A stretch of DNA of 64,000 nt. Source: Amphiscolops sp. MND2022. Taxonomy: Eukaryota. Position 1 is the first letter of the stretch; every line of letters starts with the position of its first letter. Where the stretch lies: the NCBI GenBank assembly GCA_964187785.1, contig OZ076411.1:21948001-22012000 (forward strand). Reading direction: 5' to 3'. The notes under the pieces were generated by a model. The model saw only the letters and a program-made list of their open reading frames with translations. It had not been told where the DNA came from and did no database searches. This document shows, piece after piece, positions 62,123 through 64,000 of the stretch. Made by a program: the position numbers and the translations under genes.

Positions 62123-63397
62123 GTAAAAACAGGCACAGCGTCATATTCCTTAACTAGGGTTATAACCAATGAGGTTATTCATTGTAATGAAAAATTAGGG
62201 CAGATGGGAAAATTGTCAATGAATCTGTTTCTCGCACAAATCTGTCGTTTTGTGGGCTTCGCTTCGCATCATTTAAACTCAGCTTTTATTGGAACCATTA
62301 GCAATACTAGAAGTACTACTTCCGTTTTGCTCTTGTGTTTAACACAGAAGTGTGACAACACCAGTTTATCAATTGAATTCAAAACGTTCCAAAATACAAA
62401 ATTGAAATAATGAAAACAAAAAGAGTTTCCATGCAAATACAATAGCCCACAAAAGTAAGTGCGTACTTTTGAAAGACGAAAAACTTGCATCAAATCACAA
62501 GAGACTTGAGCAAAAAGACTCAAGAAATAAATGTCAAAAACTTCAGTCGCGATTTTGGTTTTGCAATCCAATCTTTGGTTTTGCAATCCAAAGATTTAGA
62601 GAGCCCTATTTTGTCTCTTTCGGGTGTTTGTGACAGTGTATATTAGGAACTTCTGCATTTTTTTCCAACAAAACCCTATGAGTACAGTGGCACTGTGGTA
62701 GTTTTCGCAGCGCAAGAAAATTTTCGAAAAAAATGGTTATTACAAAAGCAAACCATCGCTAAACGGCCACAAGAATACGCGCTTAGAATACGTAACTAGA
62801 ATCTACAGCAATAATATATGTTCCCAAAACTGAAATGATCTGAGTCAAATATCTACAAGTTGACCTAAATTGAATTTCTCGACAAGTTTCAGAAACGTTA
62901 ATTTGATTAAAACGGTATAACATTTTGTTTCTTTTTCACCTCCATATCGACTGTAAACGCGACCTAATCAGACCTCCTAGACTGATTCCACAAAAACACT
63001 GAATGGGGTGTTTTTCCTTGCAAATTTGAGAATATATCACGACCATTTTCCCCAAAACGTTCCACACAAGTAACTCTCAAAAATAGAACAAGTTGATTAC
63101 CGGGACTCAACTGTAACAATTTTTATTGCCTCGAGAATAATGAAAATTCGCACTATTTGGCTATGAGTTTTTCTAAAATGTTCTGAAGAACTGTTATAGG
63201 GAAGGACGTTTGTACAAACTACAAAGCACCACTAAATCAACAGTCGTTCAAAAACACTGAACTCTATTCTAAGTACAGTTGCAAAACAAAAAACAAAAGG
63301 TTTTTATCTATCAGATTGGCTACCAAGATGGGCAAGTCAAAACTGACACTTCGCTTTTGAAAAGTCAGGTAAAAAAGTAGCATAGTAACCCAAAGGG

Positions 63398-63615
63398 GCC
63401 TTTGGTCTGCCCTTTACTTTTGCAAACATGAAAAAACTCTGGTTTAGTGCGAGATTCAAAGCCACGTACTTCTCCTGCTTCTCAGATTTCAGGCCTCAAA
63501 TCCAATTTAACCTTTAGGCCAAGTGGCAGTGGGAGTATAGAAACTTATACAAAGCTTATAAATTCTGTCAGTTCGCTCCTCTTCGAGAGGTGCCGACTGA
63601 AAATTATGGAATGCA
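63398..63615 (+). repeat. Dispersed repeat family B, copy 2 (in the myosin light chain intron)
   Basis: Co-linear with 6245-6500. Confidence 0.75.
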
Positions 63616-63714
63616 TTTCCTCAAAGATTTTATTTATATAATAAAAACAAGACGCCAGCTAAGCACCGGAATATTTTCCTCCCTTTTCGCCTTCACCAAT
63701 GAGCCATAGCTATT

Positions 63715-63865
63715 TTGGGAGGGAAATAGGGTCTAAAGAATAAGATCTAAAATTTAGTGATTTTAGACCTTATTCCCATTAGATATTATTCCCCTCCTGA
63801 ACTTTTAGATCTTATTCCCTTTAGATCTGATTCCCATTTTTACTTAAGATATTATTCCATCCTAC
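63715..63865. repeat. Foldback-like subrepeat cluster (agatcttattccc motifs facing gaataagatct)
   Basis: ttattccc/tgattccc motif occurs about five times at 63770-63860; inverted gggaaatag..gaataagatcta at 63719-63750. Confidence 0.5.
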
Positions 63866-64000
63866 TAGACTATCAGTATAGTATAGCTGAATAGTACAGG
63901 ATATATACAGGATAGTATCAGTATGGCTGAGTAGGGAGACTGAGTAGGAAGTGGAATAGTACAAAGTGGAATTTTTGCAAAATTTGGAAAAAAAAACGCA

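Noticed and set aside
62123-62410. C-terminal half of the 168-aa ORF 61904..62410
   Set aside because: Light-chain similarity ends exactly at the GT donor 62123; the rest is intron read-through.

Overview
AT-rich animal genomic DNA with GT-AG introns; no prokaryotic, rRNA, tRNA or CRISPR features are visible. All family calls come from reading the translations against remembered family motifs, not from database searches. Host genes, all on the + strand: the last two coding exons of an Abl-family tyrosine kinase (1149-1475, 1795-3686), a single-exon PNUTS/PPP1R10 CDS (46193-48955), a two-exon NUDCD2 (49287-49469 + 52861-53145) whose splice acceptor lies only ~280 bp after the PNUTS stop, and the first coding exon of a myosin essential light chain (61904-62122). 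The centre (~14.6-44 kb) is a decayed Bel/Pao LTR retrotransposon locus on the - strand. It contains a ~99%-identical 2.3 kb internal pol duplication. Its 5' insertion junction (flank + LTR/leader + 5' half of gag) has been amplified in place into a 7-unit, ~22 kb head-to-tail array with 2.7-3.7 kb units. The rest is dispersed repeats, MITE/foldback-like inverted repeats, near-perfect hairpins, a 60-bp minisatellite and a probable Gypsy 5' fragment. The best leads are the retrotransposon-junction macro-array and the operon-like PNUTS-NUDCD2 arrangement.
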